In this document: piece after piece, positions 16,267-25,227 of the stretch
How positions within the stretch are numbered: position 1 is the first letter of the stretch
How the letters are laid out: each line of letters begins with the position of its first letter
Program-made: the position numbers and the translations under genes
The notes under the pieces: model-generated
What the model was told of the DNA's origin: nothing
Seen by the model: only the letters and a program-made list of their open reading frames with translations
Database searches by the model: none
Assembly: GCA_963721765.1 (NCBI GenBank)
Contig: CAVRJP010000001.1
Location: 1,306,984 to 1,370,983, forward strand
DNA: 64,000 bases
From: an uncultured Chloroflexia bacterium
GTDB taxonomy: Bacteria > Chloroflexota > Limnocylindria > Limnocylindrales > CSP1-4
Direction of reading: 5' to 3'

Positions 16267-17916
16267 ATGACCCCTGCCCCGCCGGACAGCCCGACCCCGC
16301 CTGTCAGCCCAACGCCGTCCCTCGCGACGCGCCGGGATTGGGTGGGTCTCGGGGTCCTTGCGCTCGCCGCGCTGCTGTACTCGATGGATCTGACGGTCCT
16401 CCATCTCGCCGTGCCCAACATGAGCGAGGACCTCCAGCCGAGCAGCGCCGAGCTGCTCTGGATCATCGACATCTACGGGTTCATGGTCGCGGGCTTCCTC
16501 ATCACGATGGGCACGCTTGGCGACCGCATCGGGCGACGGAAGCTGCTCCTCGTCGGCGCCGCCGCGTTCGGCGTTGCCTCCGTCCTCGCTGCGTTCTCGA
16601 ACAGCGCCTCGCTGCTGATCCTGAGCCGCGCCCTCCTCGGCATCGCCGGCGCCACGATCGCGCCGTCGACGCTGTCGCTGATCTTCGTGATGTTCCAGGA
16701 CCCCCGCCAGCGCACAGCAGCGATCGCGGTCTGGATCTCCGCGTTCTCCGCGGGCGGCGCGATCGGACCCGTCGTGGGCGGGTTGTTGCTGCAGCAGTTC
16801 TGGTGGGGCTCCGTGTTCCTCATCAACGTCCCGGTGATGCTGGTGCTCCTGCTGCTCGGGCCGCGCGTGCTGCCCGAGTACCGCGATCCGGCTGCCGGAC
16901 GCCTGGACCTCCCGAGTGCGGCGATGTCCCTCGTTGCCGTCCTCGCGCTGATCTTCGGTCTGAAGCAGATCGCACAGGACGGCTTCGGCGTCATGCCCCT
17001 CGCCGCCATCGTCGTGGGGATCGCGGTGGGCGCGGTCTGGGTGCGCCGACAGCTCCGGGCGCCCGACCCGATGTTCGACCTGCGGCTGCTCCGGATCCCA
17101 CGGTTCACGGCCTCGCTGATCGTCAACTTCCTGACGATCTTCGTTGCCGTCGGCTACTTCCTGTTCGTCGCCCAGTACCTCCAGCTCGTGCTCGGTCTCT
17201 CGCCGCTCGACGCCGGGTTGCTGTCCGTGCCGTCCGCGTTCGGGTTCATCATCGGGTCGAACGTTGCGCCGCGCATCGTCCGGCGCGTCCGCCCCGCCTA
17301 CGTGATGGGGGCAGGTCTCCTCATCGCCGGCGCCGGCCTGCTCATCCTGAGCCGTGCGGGGACATCCCCGGGCGACGGCTGGCTGGTCGTCGTGTCGTCG
17401 GTGGTCATTTCGCTCGGGCTCGCCCCGCTGTTCGGCCTGACGACGGAGCTTATTGTCGGCTCGGCGCCGCCAGAGCGAGCAGGTGCCGCGACTGGCATGT
17501 CCGAGACCGCGTCGGAGCTCGGCGGCGCGCTGGGCCTGTCCGTCCTGGGCAGCATCGGCGTGATCATCTACCGCGCGGGGATCAACGCCGGGCTTCCGGC
17601 CGGCGTCCCGGAATCGGCTGCGACCGCAGCTCGGGACACGCTGGGCGGCGCGGCCGCCGTGGCGGCGCAGCTCCCGGCGGCGACGGGCGAGGCGCTACTC
17701 ACCACGGCGCGCCTGGCCTTCGTCGACGGGATGCAGATCGTCTCCCTCCTGTGCGTGGGGCTGGCGGTGGTCGTCGCTGTCGTCGCAGTCGTCGGGCTTC
17801 GACATGTCGGCCCGACCGATTCGGAGTCCCTCGGCGCCGGGACGGCCCGCGCCGCGCCGGAGCCGGACGCGGCGTCGGCTACACACGGGGCATCGCGACC
17901 GGTTCGAGAAGCATGA
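16267..17916 (+). CDS. MFS transporter, DHA2-like (14-TM drug:H+ antiporter type)
   Basis: ORF 16204..17916, start moved to ATG 16267. 'LYSMDLTVLHLAVPNMSEDL', 'MGTLGDRIGRRKLLL' (MFS motif A). Many hydrophobic helices along the full length. Confidence 0.85.
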   Translation: MTPAPPDSPTPPVSPTPSLATRRDWVGLGVLALAALLYSMDLTVLHLAVPNMSEDLQPSSAELLWIIDIYGFMVAGFLITMGTLGDRIGRRKLLLVGAAAFGVASVLAAFSNSASLLILSRALLGIAGATIAPSTLSLIFVMFQDPRQRTAAIAVWISAFSAGGAIGPVVGGLLLQQFWWGSVFLINVPVMLVLLLLGPRVLPEYRDPAAGRLDLPSAAMSLVAVLALIFGLKQIAQDGFGVMPLAAIVVGIAVGAVWVRRQLRAPDPMFDLRLLRIPRFTASLIVNFLTIFVAVGYFLFVAQYLQLVLGLSPLDAGLLSVPSAFGFIIGSNVAPRIVRRVRPAYVMGAGLLIAGAGLLILSRAGTSPGDGWLVVVSSVVISLGLAPLFGLTTELIVGSAPPERAGAATGMSETASELGGALGLSVLGSIGVIIYRAGINAGLPAGVPESAATAARDTLGGAAAVAAQLPAATGEALLTTARLAFVDGMQIVSLLCVGLAVVVAVVAVVGLRHVGPTDSESLGAGTARAAPEPDAASATHGASRPVREA

Positions 17917-18368
17917 GCGTTCGGTTCCGCACGAAGATCCTCACCACGGGGAAGACGACGATGGGGTTCGAAGTTCCACCGTCCGCTCTCGACGCGCTGG
18001 CGGCCGGCAAGCGTCCGAAGGTGACCGTGACCATCAACGGCTACACCTACCGCAACTCCGTCGCCGTCATGGATGGCCGATACATGATTGGCGTGTCGTC
18101 CGAGCACCGAGGTCCGGCCGGGGTCAGCGGCGGCGAGGAGGTCGAGGCGGAGCTCGCGCTCGACACCGCGCCGCGCGTCGTCGAGGTCCCGGCGGATCTC
18201 GCGGCCGCGTTCGACGCGGATCCGGCGGCCCATGCCACGTTCGAGCGCCTGTCCTACTCGAACAGGAGCTGGCACGTCCTCCAGATCACGGGCACGAAGA
18301 ATCCCGAAACCCGCGCCAGGCGCGTCGAGAAGTCGATCGCCGCCCTCCGCGAGGGCCGCATCCGCTGA
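17913..18368 (+). CDS. DUF1905 / YdeI-type (OmpD-associated family) protein
   Basis: In frame of ORF 16338..18368. ATG 17913 overlaps the MFS stop (ATGA). 'GFEVPPSALDALAAGKRPKVTVTINGYTYRNSVAVMDGRYMIGV' plus C-terminal 'FERLSYSNRSWHVLQITGTKNPETRARRVEKSIAAL'. Confidence 0.7.
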   Translation: MSVRFRTKILTTGKTTMGFEVPPSALDALAAGKRPKVTVTINGYTYRNSVAVMDGRYMIGVSSEHRGPAGVSGGEEVEAELALDTAPRVVEVPADLAAAFDADPAAHATFERLSYSNRSWHVLQITGTKNPETRARRVEKSIAALREGRIR

Positions 18369-18394
18369 CGGACCCGCTCCCTCGCAGGCAGGGG

Positions 18395-18712
18395 CGCCGG
18401 GATTTCCTGCCAGAGCGTCACCAGAGCAGGCTTAGCCTTCGTTCTGGGTCCCGTGAACCCGACGCGCACGCTTCCTCGTGCGTGGACACCGGCGGCATCC
18501 GTGCCAAAGCGCCAGCAGGACGTGGAATGGCAGGAAATCCTTGCTGTTTCGGAGGCTAAGCCTCGCCTGCTGACGGATTGGCAGGAAATCGCTGCGATTC
18601 GGGAGGCAAGGCCCGCGCGGTAACGGAGTGGCCGGCAATCCATGCGAATTCGGGAGGCGAAGCGCTACGCGAAGGCGAAGCCCGGCATGGTGAGGGAATG
18701 GCCGGATAGACT
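18395..18712. repeat. Degenerate intergenic repeat cluster (about 50-bp unit, 3 copies plus a partial fourth, plus inverted sub-motifs upstream)
   Basis: Direct units start at 18524, 18575, 18625 and 18695, with pattern 'GGAnTGGCnGGnAATCn-N8/9-CGG(G)AGGCnAAGC'. Upstream, 'ggatttcctgcc' (18400) and 'aggcttagcct' (18428) are reverse complements of parts of unit 1. Confidence 0.75.
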
Positions 18713-18718
18713 CCCGCG

Positions 18719-19954
18719 ATGACCGATCCCGTGACGTACCGCGTCCCAGGCGCGGTCCTGACCGAGCGTGAGCACTCGGTTCCGCTGGACCACGCGAAAC
18801 CGGGCGGCGATCAGATCACCGTCTTTACCCGCGAGCTCGCATCGCCGGACGGCGCGGATCGGCCCTACCTGCTGTTCCTCCAGGGCGGCCCCGGCTTCGA
18901 GGCAACACGGCCGACCGCCCCGCCCACGGGCTGGCAGAAGCGCGCCATCGCCGACTACCGGGTCCTGCTCATCGACCAGCGTGGTACGGGCCGCTCGACA
19001 CCGGTCGGCGAGATCCCGGGCGACACCCCGGAGGCCCAGGCCGCGTACCTGACCCATTTCCGCGCCGACGGCATCGTTCGCGACGCCGAGCTGATCCGTC
19101 GCGAGCTCGGCATCGAGCAGTGGAGCGTCCTCGGCCAGAGCTTCGGCGGCTTCACCTCGATGACCTACCTCTCGATCGCGCCGGAGGGCCTGCGCGAGGC
19201 GTTCATCACCGGAGGCCTGTCACCGATCGCCCGCCCGATCGATGACGTCTACGCCGCGACCTGGATCCGGCTGCGCCAGCGGCAGGAGGCGTACTTCGCG
19301 CGCTACCCGGGAGACCGGACGCGGGTGCGGGACATCGTCCGCCGCCTCGACGACGAGGACCTGCAGCTGCCCGGTGGCGACCGCCTGACCTCGCGCCGGT
19401 TCCTCCAGCTCGGCAGCAAGCTCGGCGACAGCGCGGGCTTCGAGTACATCCACCACGTCGTGGAGCTGCCGTTCGGTTCGCGCGCCTTCATGCACGATGC
19501 GCAGGACGGGGCGCCGAGGTTCGACCGCAACCCGATCTACGCCACCCTCCACGAGTCGTCGTATGCGGATGGCGTGCCGACACGCTGGTCCAGTCAGCGA
19601 ACGATGCCGCCCGAGGCGGTCGAGGAGCGCTGGTTCACCGCCGAGCACATCTTCGAGTGGATGTGGGATGACTACGCGGACCTGCGCTCGCACCGGGCGG
19701 CCGCCCAGCTCCTGGCGGAGCACCCCTGGCCTCGCCTGTACGACGCCGAGGTGCTGGCCCGGAACGAGGTCCCGGTCGCTGCGACGATCTACACGAACGA
19801 CCTGTACGTCGAGCGTGCGTTCGCGGAGGAAACCGCCGGTCAGATTCGTGGCCTCAGGCCCTGGATCACCAACGAGTACGAGCACAACGGCATCCGCGCC
19901 GACGGCGAGCGGGTGCTCGGCCGGCTCATCGACATGGTGCGCGGCCGGGCGTGA
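18719..19954 (+). CDS. Alpha/beta-hydrolase, prolyl aminopeptidase (S33) type
   Basis: ORF 18719..19954. 'LLFLQGGPGFE', 'LIDQRGTGRSTP', nucleophile elbow 'VLGQSFGGF'. Confidence 0.85.
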   Translation: MTDPVTYRVPGAVLTEREHSVPLDHAKPGGDQITVFTRELASPDGADRPYLLFLQGGPGFEATRPTAPPTGWQKRAIADYRVLLIDQRGTGRSTPVGEIPGDTPEAQAAYLTHFRADGIVRDAELIRRELGIEQWSVLGQSFGGFTSMTYLSIAPEGLREAFITGGLSPIARPIDDVYAATWIRLRQRQEAYFARYPGDRTRVRDIVRRLDDEDLQLPGGDRLTSRRFLQLGSKLGDSAGFEYIHHVVELPFGSRAFMHDAQDGAPRFDRNPIYATLHESSYADGVPTRWSSQRTMPPEAVEERWFTAEHIFEWMWDDYADLRSHRAAAQLLAEHPWPRLYDAEVLARNEVPVAATIYTNDLYVERAFAEETAGQIRGLRPWITNEYEHNGIRADGERVLGRLIDMVRGRA

Positions 19955-20020
19955 GCCGGGCGTGAGCCGGGCCTGAGGCTCGAGGCGGACCGCGCCCCAG
20001 ACAAACCGCCGGGGTAGGCC

Positions 20021-20950
20021 CTACGACGCGCTGACCGGCACCACCAGGTCGACCGTCAGCCCGTTCGCCACGGAGCCCGACATCACCCCGAGCTGGTTGA
20101 TGCCGTCGTCCTCGCCGAAGACGCCGTCGTCCTCGAGCGAGACGTTGCCCATGTTCTGCACGCTCTGCTCATAGCCGCTCGTCGCGTAGACCTCGTCGCA
20201 GATGTCCTTCGGGAAGGCGAGCTGCGAGGTGGCGATCTTTTTGGCGACGTCGGTCGCCTCCGCCAGGCTCGGGTAGATCTCGAAGTGGACGTGCGGCCAG
20301 CGCCCCGAGTAGCACGCCGGGAAGATGCTGGTGAACGTGACGATCCCGTCGTCGTCCGCCTTCTGGACGCCACGCAGGTAGTTTTCGTTCTCGACGCCCT
20401 CGGAGTACATCGAGTAGCGCCCCGCCTGGTCGCAGTGCCACGCGTACGCCGCCGCGCCGGCCATCGGGGCGCATCCGTTCGCGAGGTCCTGGAGGTGGAA
20501 GTTCATCCGCAGCAGGACGCCCGGTGCAGCGGTGTTCGACGATCCGAAGCTCGAGCGGATGTCCTGCCGGACCACGCCGCTCTGGCTCAGGACGTCCGGC
20601 CCGTTCGAGCCGTCGCCCGGGTACGGGCCCGCGGTCTCGGGCGGGATCTCGGTGGTCGCGCACTCGCCACCGGTCCCGGTCGTCGACCCGGCGCCGGACG
20701 TCGCGCCCGGCGTCGATCCGGCGCCCGTCGGCGAGGAGGTCGCGCCGGGCATGCACGCCGCGACGCCGAACAGCCCGACGGTCGCCGCGCTATAGCCGAT
20801 CAGCTTCAGGACGCGCCGTCGATCGATGAGCGTCTCGACGTCGAACTGCAGGCCCTGGTCGTAGGCCGGCTCGTCGGGGTTGGGGAGCACGCGACCCTCG
20901 AAGGTTGTGGCGCCGTGCCGCTCGGTCGGGAGGCGGGTGGTTGTCGTCAT
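20021..20950 (-). CDS. Secreted (Tat-signal) intradiol ring-cleavage dioxygenase-like protein
   Basis: ORF 20021..21412, start moved to ATG 20950 ('MTTTTRL'). Twin-arginine-like 'DRRRVLKLIGYSAATVGLFGVAA'. 'PETAGPYPGDG' and 'GRWPHVHFEIY' fit the dioxygenase_C fold. Confidence 0.75.
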   Translation of the reverse strand: MTTTTRLPTERHGATTFEGRVLPNPDEPAYDQGLQFDVETLIDRRRVLKLIGYSAATVGLFGVAACMPGATSSPTGAGSTPGATSGAGSTTGTGGECATTEIPPETAGPYPGDGSNGPDVLSQSGVVRQDIRSSFGSSNTAAPGVLLRMNFHLQDLANGCAPMAGAAAYAWHCDQAGRYSMYSEGVENENYLRGVQKADDDGIVTFTSIFPACYSGRWPHVHFEIYPSLAEATDVAKKIATSQLAFPKDICDEVYATSGYEQSVQNMGNVSLEDDGVFGEDDGINQLGVMSGSVANGLTVDLVVPVSAS

Positions 20951-21094
20951 GTGGTGCGCTCCTGCCTGGTGCCTCCGGGCGTCATCAGGGATCCCCTGGA
21001 TGAAGGCAGCCTCGCGCCAATTCCTGAGGATCGGATGAGAATGGACCCTGGCACGGCGCGCGTCGACCGCCCGGCAGCCGCAAGGGGAGAGCCC

Positions 21095-21511
21095 ATGATC
21101 ACCGAGCTCCGCCGCTACCGCATCAAGCCCGACATGATCGACTCGTGGGTCGGCTTCTTCGAGGAGGCGGCGCGCGAGAACGAGCGGACCGGCATGCCCG
21201 TCGAGTTCACCGGTGTCGACCGCTCGACCGGCGACTTCTACTACCTGCGTAGCTTCGCCGACGAGGCAGATCGGGAGGCGCGGAAGGCGGTCTTCTACGG
21301 CTCGCCATGGTGGCTGGAGCACGAGGCGTTCACGATGAGCCACGTGATCGAGTACGAGGTCACGTTCCTCGACACCGCCCTGGTCCGGCGGGACGGCGAC
21401 CTCGTCGCCCAACCCTGGCCCAGCCCCGGCGAGCGCGCCGGCGCGCGAGGCAATTCGCCGCCCGACGGCTGGGCCGCGTCGATGGGACGCCTCTATGCGC
21501 CAATTCGATGA
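21095..21511 (+). CDS. NIPSNAP-family protein (tentative)
   Basis: In frame of ORF 20285..21511. ATG 21095 lies behind 'aggggaga'. 'MITELRRYRIKPDMIDSWVGFFEEAARENERTGMPVEF' is NIPSNAP-like. Confidence 0.6.
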   Translation: MITELRRYRIKPDMIDSWVGFFEEAARENERTGMPVEFTGVDRSTGDFYYLRSFADEADREARKAVFYGSPWWLEHEAFTMSHVIEYEVTFLDTALVRRDGDLVAQPWPSPGERAGARGNSPPDGWAASMGRLYAPIR

Positions 21512-21529
21512 GGTAGCGTTCGGGGTGGC

Positions 21530-22195
21530 ATGAGCGGCGACGACAGGCGACCAGCCGGCAATTCGCAGCCGAACGCCCTGTCCGACGGCGTCCAGCCAAA
21601 CCGCCTGTCGAACCAGTCGAATCCATCGAGTGGTGACCTGGGCGGAACCCGCCAGGCGACCCCGACCATCGAGCCGAGGTCGCCGGCGCGGCCGCGAGCC
21701 AGCCTGTCGATGCCCAGCGTGTCGACGTTCGTGTTCATCGGCTTCGTCGTCCTCACCGCCTTCCGCCTCATCGGCGAGGCCGCGGACAGCGGCGACGTTC
21801 CCCCCGCGGCGACCCCGGTCGCCTCGGCCCCCGGCGCGCAGCCGAGCCCGTCGTCGATCGTGGCCGGGCCGATCCGGTTCGGGACCGGAACCGGCTCCGA
21901 GTGCGGCGTGACCGGGGCCGCCGTCACCTTCGAGCCGGGCACCGATGTCTGGTGGTCAGCCGACCTCGCGGCCGATCAGGCGCCGGATGCGGGGGCAGTC
22001 GTGCTCATCCAGCTGAACGGCGAGCTCATCGATCGACAGCGCGTTCCGCCGGACCCCGCCGGCGGGAGCTGGAACCAGCTGTGCAGCTCCGAGCCGGTCG
22101 GCGAGAACGTCGCGGGAACCTACCGGGTCGAGGTCTGGGTGGGCTCCCCGTCGACCCTCCAGGCCTCCGGCGGGTACACGATCTCGAGGACGTAA
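21530..22195 (+). CDS. Hypothetical membrane-anchored protein
   Basis: ORF 21530..22195. Polar, disordered N-terminus, one TM helix 'VSTFVFIGFVVLTAFRLI', and a C-terminal domain of about 130 aa. No recognisable family. Confidence 0.55.
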   Translation: MSGDDRRPAGNSQPNALSDGVQPNRLSNQSNPSSGDLGGTRQATPTIEPRSPARPRASLSMPSVSTFVFIGFVVLTAFRLIGEAADSGDVPPAATPVASAPGAQPSPSSIVAGPIRFGTGTGSECGVTGAAVTFEPGTDVWWSADLAADQAPDAGAVVLIQLNGELIDRQRVPPDPAGGSWNQLCSSEPVGENVAGTYRVEVWVGSPSTLQASGGYTISRT

Positions 22196-22379
22196 TAGCG
22201 CGGCTGGGTGGTACCCTCGGTTCCCGCGTCACCCGCGCGGAACCCCGCTCCGGCGCCCACGCAGCCGGCTCGATCGGGGCAAAGGGGACTCCGGTCCTCG
22301 GGCATGACGGTGACCGGGCCCGCCGGCGCCCGCAGGACAGCGTGGGTGCGCTGCGGCCGCTCGGAAAGGGAACCGAACC

Positions 22380-23132
22380 GTGACCCAGCACAGGACCCTG
22401 AAGCGGCGCGTCCGCGCCCGGATGTCCAAGACCGGCGAGCGCTACACGGCGGCTCGACGGCAGCTGCTCACCAAGGCCACGCCCGACGATGGCAATTCCA
22501 AGCTGGCTGCGCCGGCAACCGTTCCTGACGTGAACCCGTCCGAAGCGGTGCCCGTGCCCGATTCGCCGTTCCGCGGCGGCTATGGCGCGTCCGACGAGGC
22601 CCTCGTCAAGCGAACCGGCCATCCCTGGGAGCATTGGTATCGACTTCTCGACGCCTGGGGCGGCGCGGACAAGCCCCACCCCGCCATCGCCCGGTTCCTG
22701 AACGAGGAGCACGGCGTCGACGGCTGGTGGTCCCAGGAGCTCACCGTCCGCTTCGAGATGGCGGTCGGGCGGCGTGTGCCCGGCCAGCGCCCGGACGGGT
22801 TCGAGGCGACGGCCTCGAAGACGTTCGACGTTCCGGTGCAGCGACTGTTCGACGCCGTCGTCGACGAGGCGCAACGGCACGCCTGGCTCTCGAGGCCGCT
22901 GCGGCTCCGGACGGCCACGGCGCCCAAGTCGGGGACGTCGATCGGGACGGCGCGATTCGACTGGGAGGAGGCACCGCAGCGGATCGTCTTCTGGTTCACC
23001 GCCAAGGGCGCTCGGAGCAACGTGGCGCTCGCCCACCAGCGCATGCCGGATAAGCCGGCAAGCGACGCGATGAAGGTGTTCTGGCGCGATCGCCTCAAGG
23101 CGCTCCAGGCGCTGCTCCAGGGCGGAAGCTGA
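22380..23132 (+). CDS. DUF4287-like N-terminal domain fused to an SRPBCC/AHSA1-like domain (tentative)
   Basis: ORF 22380..23132 (GTG). 'GHPWEHWYRLLDAWGGADKPHPAIARFLNEEHGVDGWWSQELTVRFEMAVG' is DUF4287-like. The C-terminal half resembles SRPBCC. Confidence 0.6.
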   Translation: MTQHRTLKRRVRARMSKTGERYTAARRQLLTKATPDDGNSKLAAPATVPDVNPSEAVPVPDSPFRGGYGASDEALVKRTGHPWEHWYRLLDAWGGADKPHPAIARFLNEEHGVDGWWSQELTVRFEMAVGRRVPGQRPDGFEATASKTFDVPVQRLFDAVVDEAQRHAWLSRPLRLRTATAPKSGTSIGTARFDWEEAPQRIVFWFTAKGARSNVALAHQRMPDKPASDAMKVFWRDRLKALQALLQGGS

Positions 23133-23215
23133 CCGACGCGCGCACGACAGGGAGGTCGTCGGGGTCGGCGGCCTCCCAGGCCGACACACCGCGTCCATGC
23201 CCGGCGCATTGCGCC

Positions 23216-23545
23216 GTGGCGTATCGTGGCAAGCCGGAAGGTGAGGGTGGGGCATTGGCAGACGGCGATTCGGGCGCACGGGGCAAGGCGGCCGCCGCCG
23301 TAGAGGCTTCCGAGGCGGCGCGCGAGACTGCCGAGGCGGCCCGCCTGAGCGCGAAGGCAGCAAGCCTCGCCAACGATTCCGCGACCCGGGCCTCGGAAGC
23401 CGCCACGCTCGCCGCGGGCTCGGCGAAGGTCGACGTCACCAACGCCGGCCGGAAGGTCGAGGCCGCGCTGGAGGCACTTAACGCCGCGAGGGACGAGTTC
23501 CACGTGGCCGAGGCACGGGGCTTTCCGAAGGCTGATCCCGCCTGA
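23216..23545 (+). CDS. Possible Ala-rich coiled-coil hypothetical protein
   Basis: ORF 23216..23545 (GTG). 'AAAAVEASEAARETAEAARLSAKAASLANDSATRASEAATLAAGSAKV'. The low complexity makes it hard to separate from a GC-driven spurious ORF. Confidence 0.35.
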   Translation: MAYRGKPEGEGGALADGDSGARGKAAAAVEASEAARETAEAARLSAKAASLANDSATRASEAATLAAGSAKVDVTNAGRKVEAALEALNAARDEFHVAEARGFPKADPA

Positions 23546-23546
23546 C

Positions 23547-23780
23547 CTACCGCTGAACCGAGTAGTCCGTCTCCTTCACCACCTTGCCGGCGCGATCGTA
23601 CGTCCGCCACACACCGACCTGGCGTCCTCGATCGAACGAGCCGGTCCGCATCACGCTCCCGTCCTTGCGCAGGAACTCCCACGGCCCGTGCATCTGGCCG
23701 TCGAGCTGGAAGCCCCGGTAGCGCACGGCGCCCGTGTCGTAGTAGCTGACATCGGGCATCGCTTCCGGTTCCTGCGGCAT
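23547..23780 (-). CDS. MORN-repeat-variant (YwqK-like) small protein
   Basis: ORF 23547..23780. 'YRGFQLDGQMHGPWEFLRKDGSVMRTGSFDRGRQVGVWRTYDRAGKV' shows the G-x-W repeat pattern of MORN variants. Confidence 0.6.
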   Translation of the reverse strand: MPQEPEAMPDVSYYDTGAVRYRGFQLDGQMHGPWEFLRKDGSVMRTGSFDRGRQVGVWRTYDRAGKVVKETDYSVQR

Positions 23781-23796
23781 CGGTGCACCCCGCAGA

Positions 23797-24165
23797 TCAG
23801 CGGCGGCGCGCCGTCGGCTTGGGCGTGAGCCCGGCCACGTAGGCGTGGCTCGCCGCGAACCACGGCGCGAGGGTCTCGGTTTCCGCGAGCAGCGCCGCCG
23901 GCACGGCGACGTACTCCCGCTGGACGGCGCCGTGGGCCACCTGGAGTCGGGCGTCGTGGCGCTCGATGAACGCCTCGCGATCGCCCTCGGCCAGGCGCAG
24001 CGCCACGGTCCCGGCCGCGTCGAGGTAGCTGAACATGTGGCCGTTGAGCGAGGTGTACGGCAGGCTCGCGCCCTTGCGCTCGACGCCCGGCAACGTCGCC
24101 ACCAGGCCCTCGTACAGCCGGAGCGTCTCGGGCGGGAACGTCGCGACGGGCTTCGACGCCGCCAT
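23797..24165 (-). CDS. TfoX-N-terminal-domain-like protein (tentative)
   Basis: 3' part of ORF 23797..24711, ATG 24165. 'KGASLPYTSLNGHMFSYLDAAGTVALRLAEGDREAF...EYVAVPAALLAETETLAPWF'. The start overlaps the upstream stop (ATGA). Confidence 0.5.
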   Translation of the reverse strand: MAASKPVATFPPETLRLYEGLVATLPGVERKGASLPYTSLNGHMFSYLDAAGTVALRLAEGDREAFIERHDARLQVAHGAVQREYVAVPAALLAETETLAPWFAASHAYVAGLTPKPTARRR

Positions 24166-24626
24166 CACCGCTTCCCTGCGTCCTCGCCGTCGACCAACGG
24201 CTCGAGGACGAACAGCGGGATCTGGCGCTCGGTGCGCCGCTGGTACCCGGCGTAGTCCGGCCACACCTTCACGGCACGCTCCCACCACTCTTCCTTCTCC
24301 GTGCCCGAGGCCTCGTGGGCGCGATAGTCGCGTTTCGTCGCCCCATCCTGGAGCTCGACGTGCGGGTTCGCCTTGAGGTTGAAGTACCACTTTGGGTGCT
24401 TCGCGACCCCGCCCTTCGAGCCCACGACCGCGTACCGGCCCTCGTGCTCGACCCGCATCAGCGCGGTCTTCCGGAGCTTGCGCGTCACGGCCCCGACGGT
24501 GGTCAGGACGATGATCGGCTTGCCTCGCAGCTTCGCGGCCTTCGCCCCGTCGGACGCCTCGAAGGCCTCCGCCTGCTCGCGCGCCCAGGCGCTCTTGCCG
24601 GGGGCGTACTCGCCCTGGAGTGGCAT
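24165..24626 (-). CDS. Deazaflavin (F420)-dependent nitroreductase-family oxidoreductase (DDN-like)
   Basis: ORF 24165..24668, start moved to ATG 24626. '[58 protein letters not shown]...[11 protein letters not shown]'. Confidence 0.8.
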   Translation of the reverse strand: MPLQGEYAPGKSAWAREQAEAFEASDGAKAAKLRGKPIIVLTTVGAVTRKLRKTALMRVEHEGRYAVVGSKGGVAKHPKWYFNLKANPHVELQDGATKRDYRAHEASGTEKEEWWERAVKVWPDYAGYQRRTERQIPLFVLEPLVDGEDAGKR

Positions 24627-24725
24627 CGGCCGATGATGGCACGATGCCGTTTCGGAAGGTGAATGCAAGTCGCGTCCCGACCGTTTCGGAGTAGCGTGGG
24701 CGCACGCACAACTGGAGGTCCGGAC

Positions 24726-25223
24726 ATGGACAAGATCACCCCCTGCCTATGGTTCGACGGCAACGCCGAGGACGCGGCGAAGCTCTACACGAGCCTCTTC
24801 CCCGACAGCCGGATTGATTCGGTCGACCGGACGCCGGGCGACACCCCGAGCGGGCCCGCGGGCTCCGTCATCACGGTCAACTTCACGCTCGGCGGTCGGT
24901 CGTTCATCGGCCTGAACGGCGGCGACGACTTCAAGTTCACGGAAGCCATCTCGATGTCGATCGACTGTGACGATCAGGCCGAGGTCGACCGCTACTGGGA
25001 TGCGCTGCTCGCCGACGGCGGGGAGCCGAGCGTCTGTGGCTGGCTGAAGGACCGCTTCGGCCTGTCCTGGCAGGTGATCCCGCGACGGCTGCCCGAGATG
25101 CTCACGAGCCCCGACCGGGAGGCCGCGGCACGCGCCCTCGAGGCGATGCTCCAGATGGTCAAGATCGACGTCTCCGAGCTGGAGCGGGCGTACAAGGGCG
25201 ACCTCGTCGGCGCCAGGAGCTAG
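24726..25223 (+). CDS. VOC-superfamily protein, PhnB / 3-demethylubiquinone-9 3-methyltransferase-domain type
   Basis: ORF 24663..25223, start moved to ATG 24726. '[28 protein letters not shown]...[16 protein letters not shown]...[31 protein letters not shown]'. Confidence 0.85.
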   Translation: MDKITPCLWFDGNAEDAAKLYTSLFPDSRIDSVDRTPGDTPSGPAGSVITVNFTLGGRSFIGLNGGDDFKFTEAISMSIDCDDQAEVDRYWDALLADGGEPSVCGWLKDRFGLSWQVIPRRLPEMLTSPDREAAARALEAMLQMVKIDVSELERAYKGDLVGARS

Positions 25224-25227
25224 CGGC

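Noticed and set aside
14111-16270. 719-aa plus-strand ORF (and the 14604..15161 and 14638..16149 portions)
   Set aside because: It is antisense or off-frame to the HDAC-family gene and off-frame to the YcaQ-like gene. Composition is Arg/Pro/Gly junk. Only the 15162..16211 part of the 14604 frame is credible.
18524-18600. Sigma-54 type promoter (TGGCAG-N7-TTGCT) inside the ~50-bp repeats
   Set aside because: The GG-to-GC offset is 14 nt instead of the canonical 12. The element is not conserved in the other copies. An Actinomycetota-like host would not be expected to have RpoN.
20951-21412. N-terminal 154-aa extension of the dioxygenase ORF (20021..21412)
   Set aside because: The extension is antisense to the NIPSNAP-like gene and lacks protein-like composition. 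ATG 20950 is followed immediately by a Tat-type signal.
22026-23363. 445-aa minus-strand ORF antisense to the DUF4287/SRPBCC gene
   Set aside because: Arg/Pro-rich and motif-free. The plus frame is protein-like.
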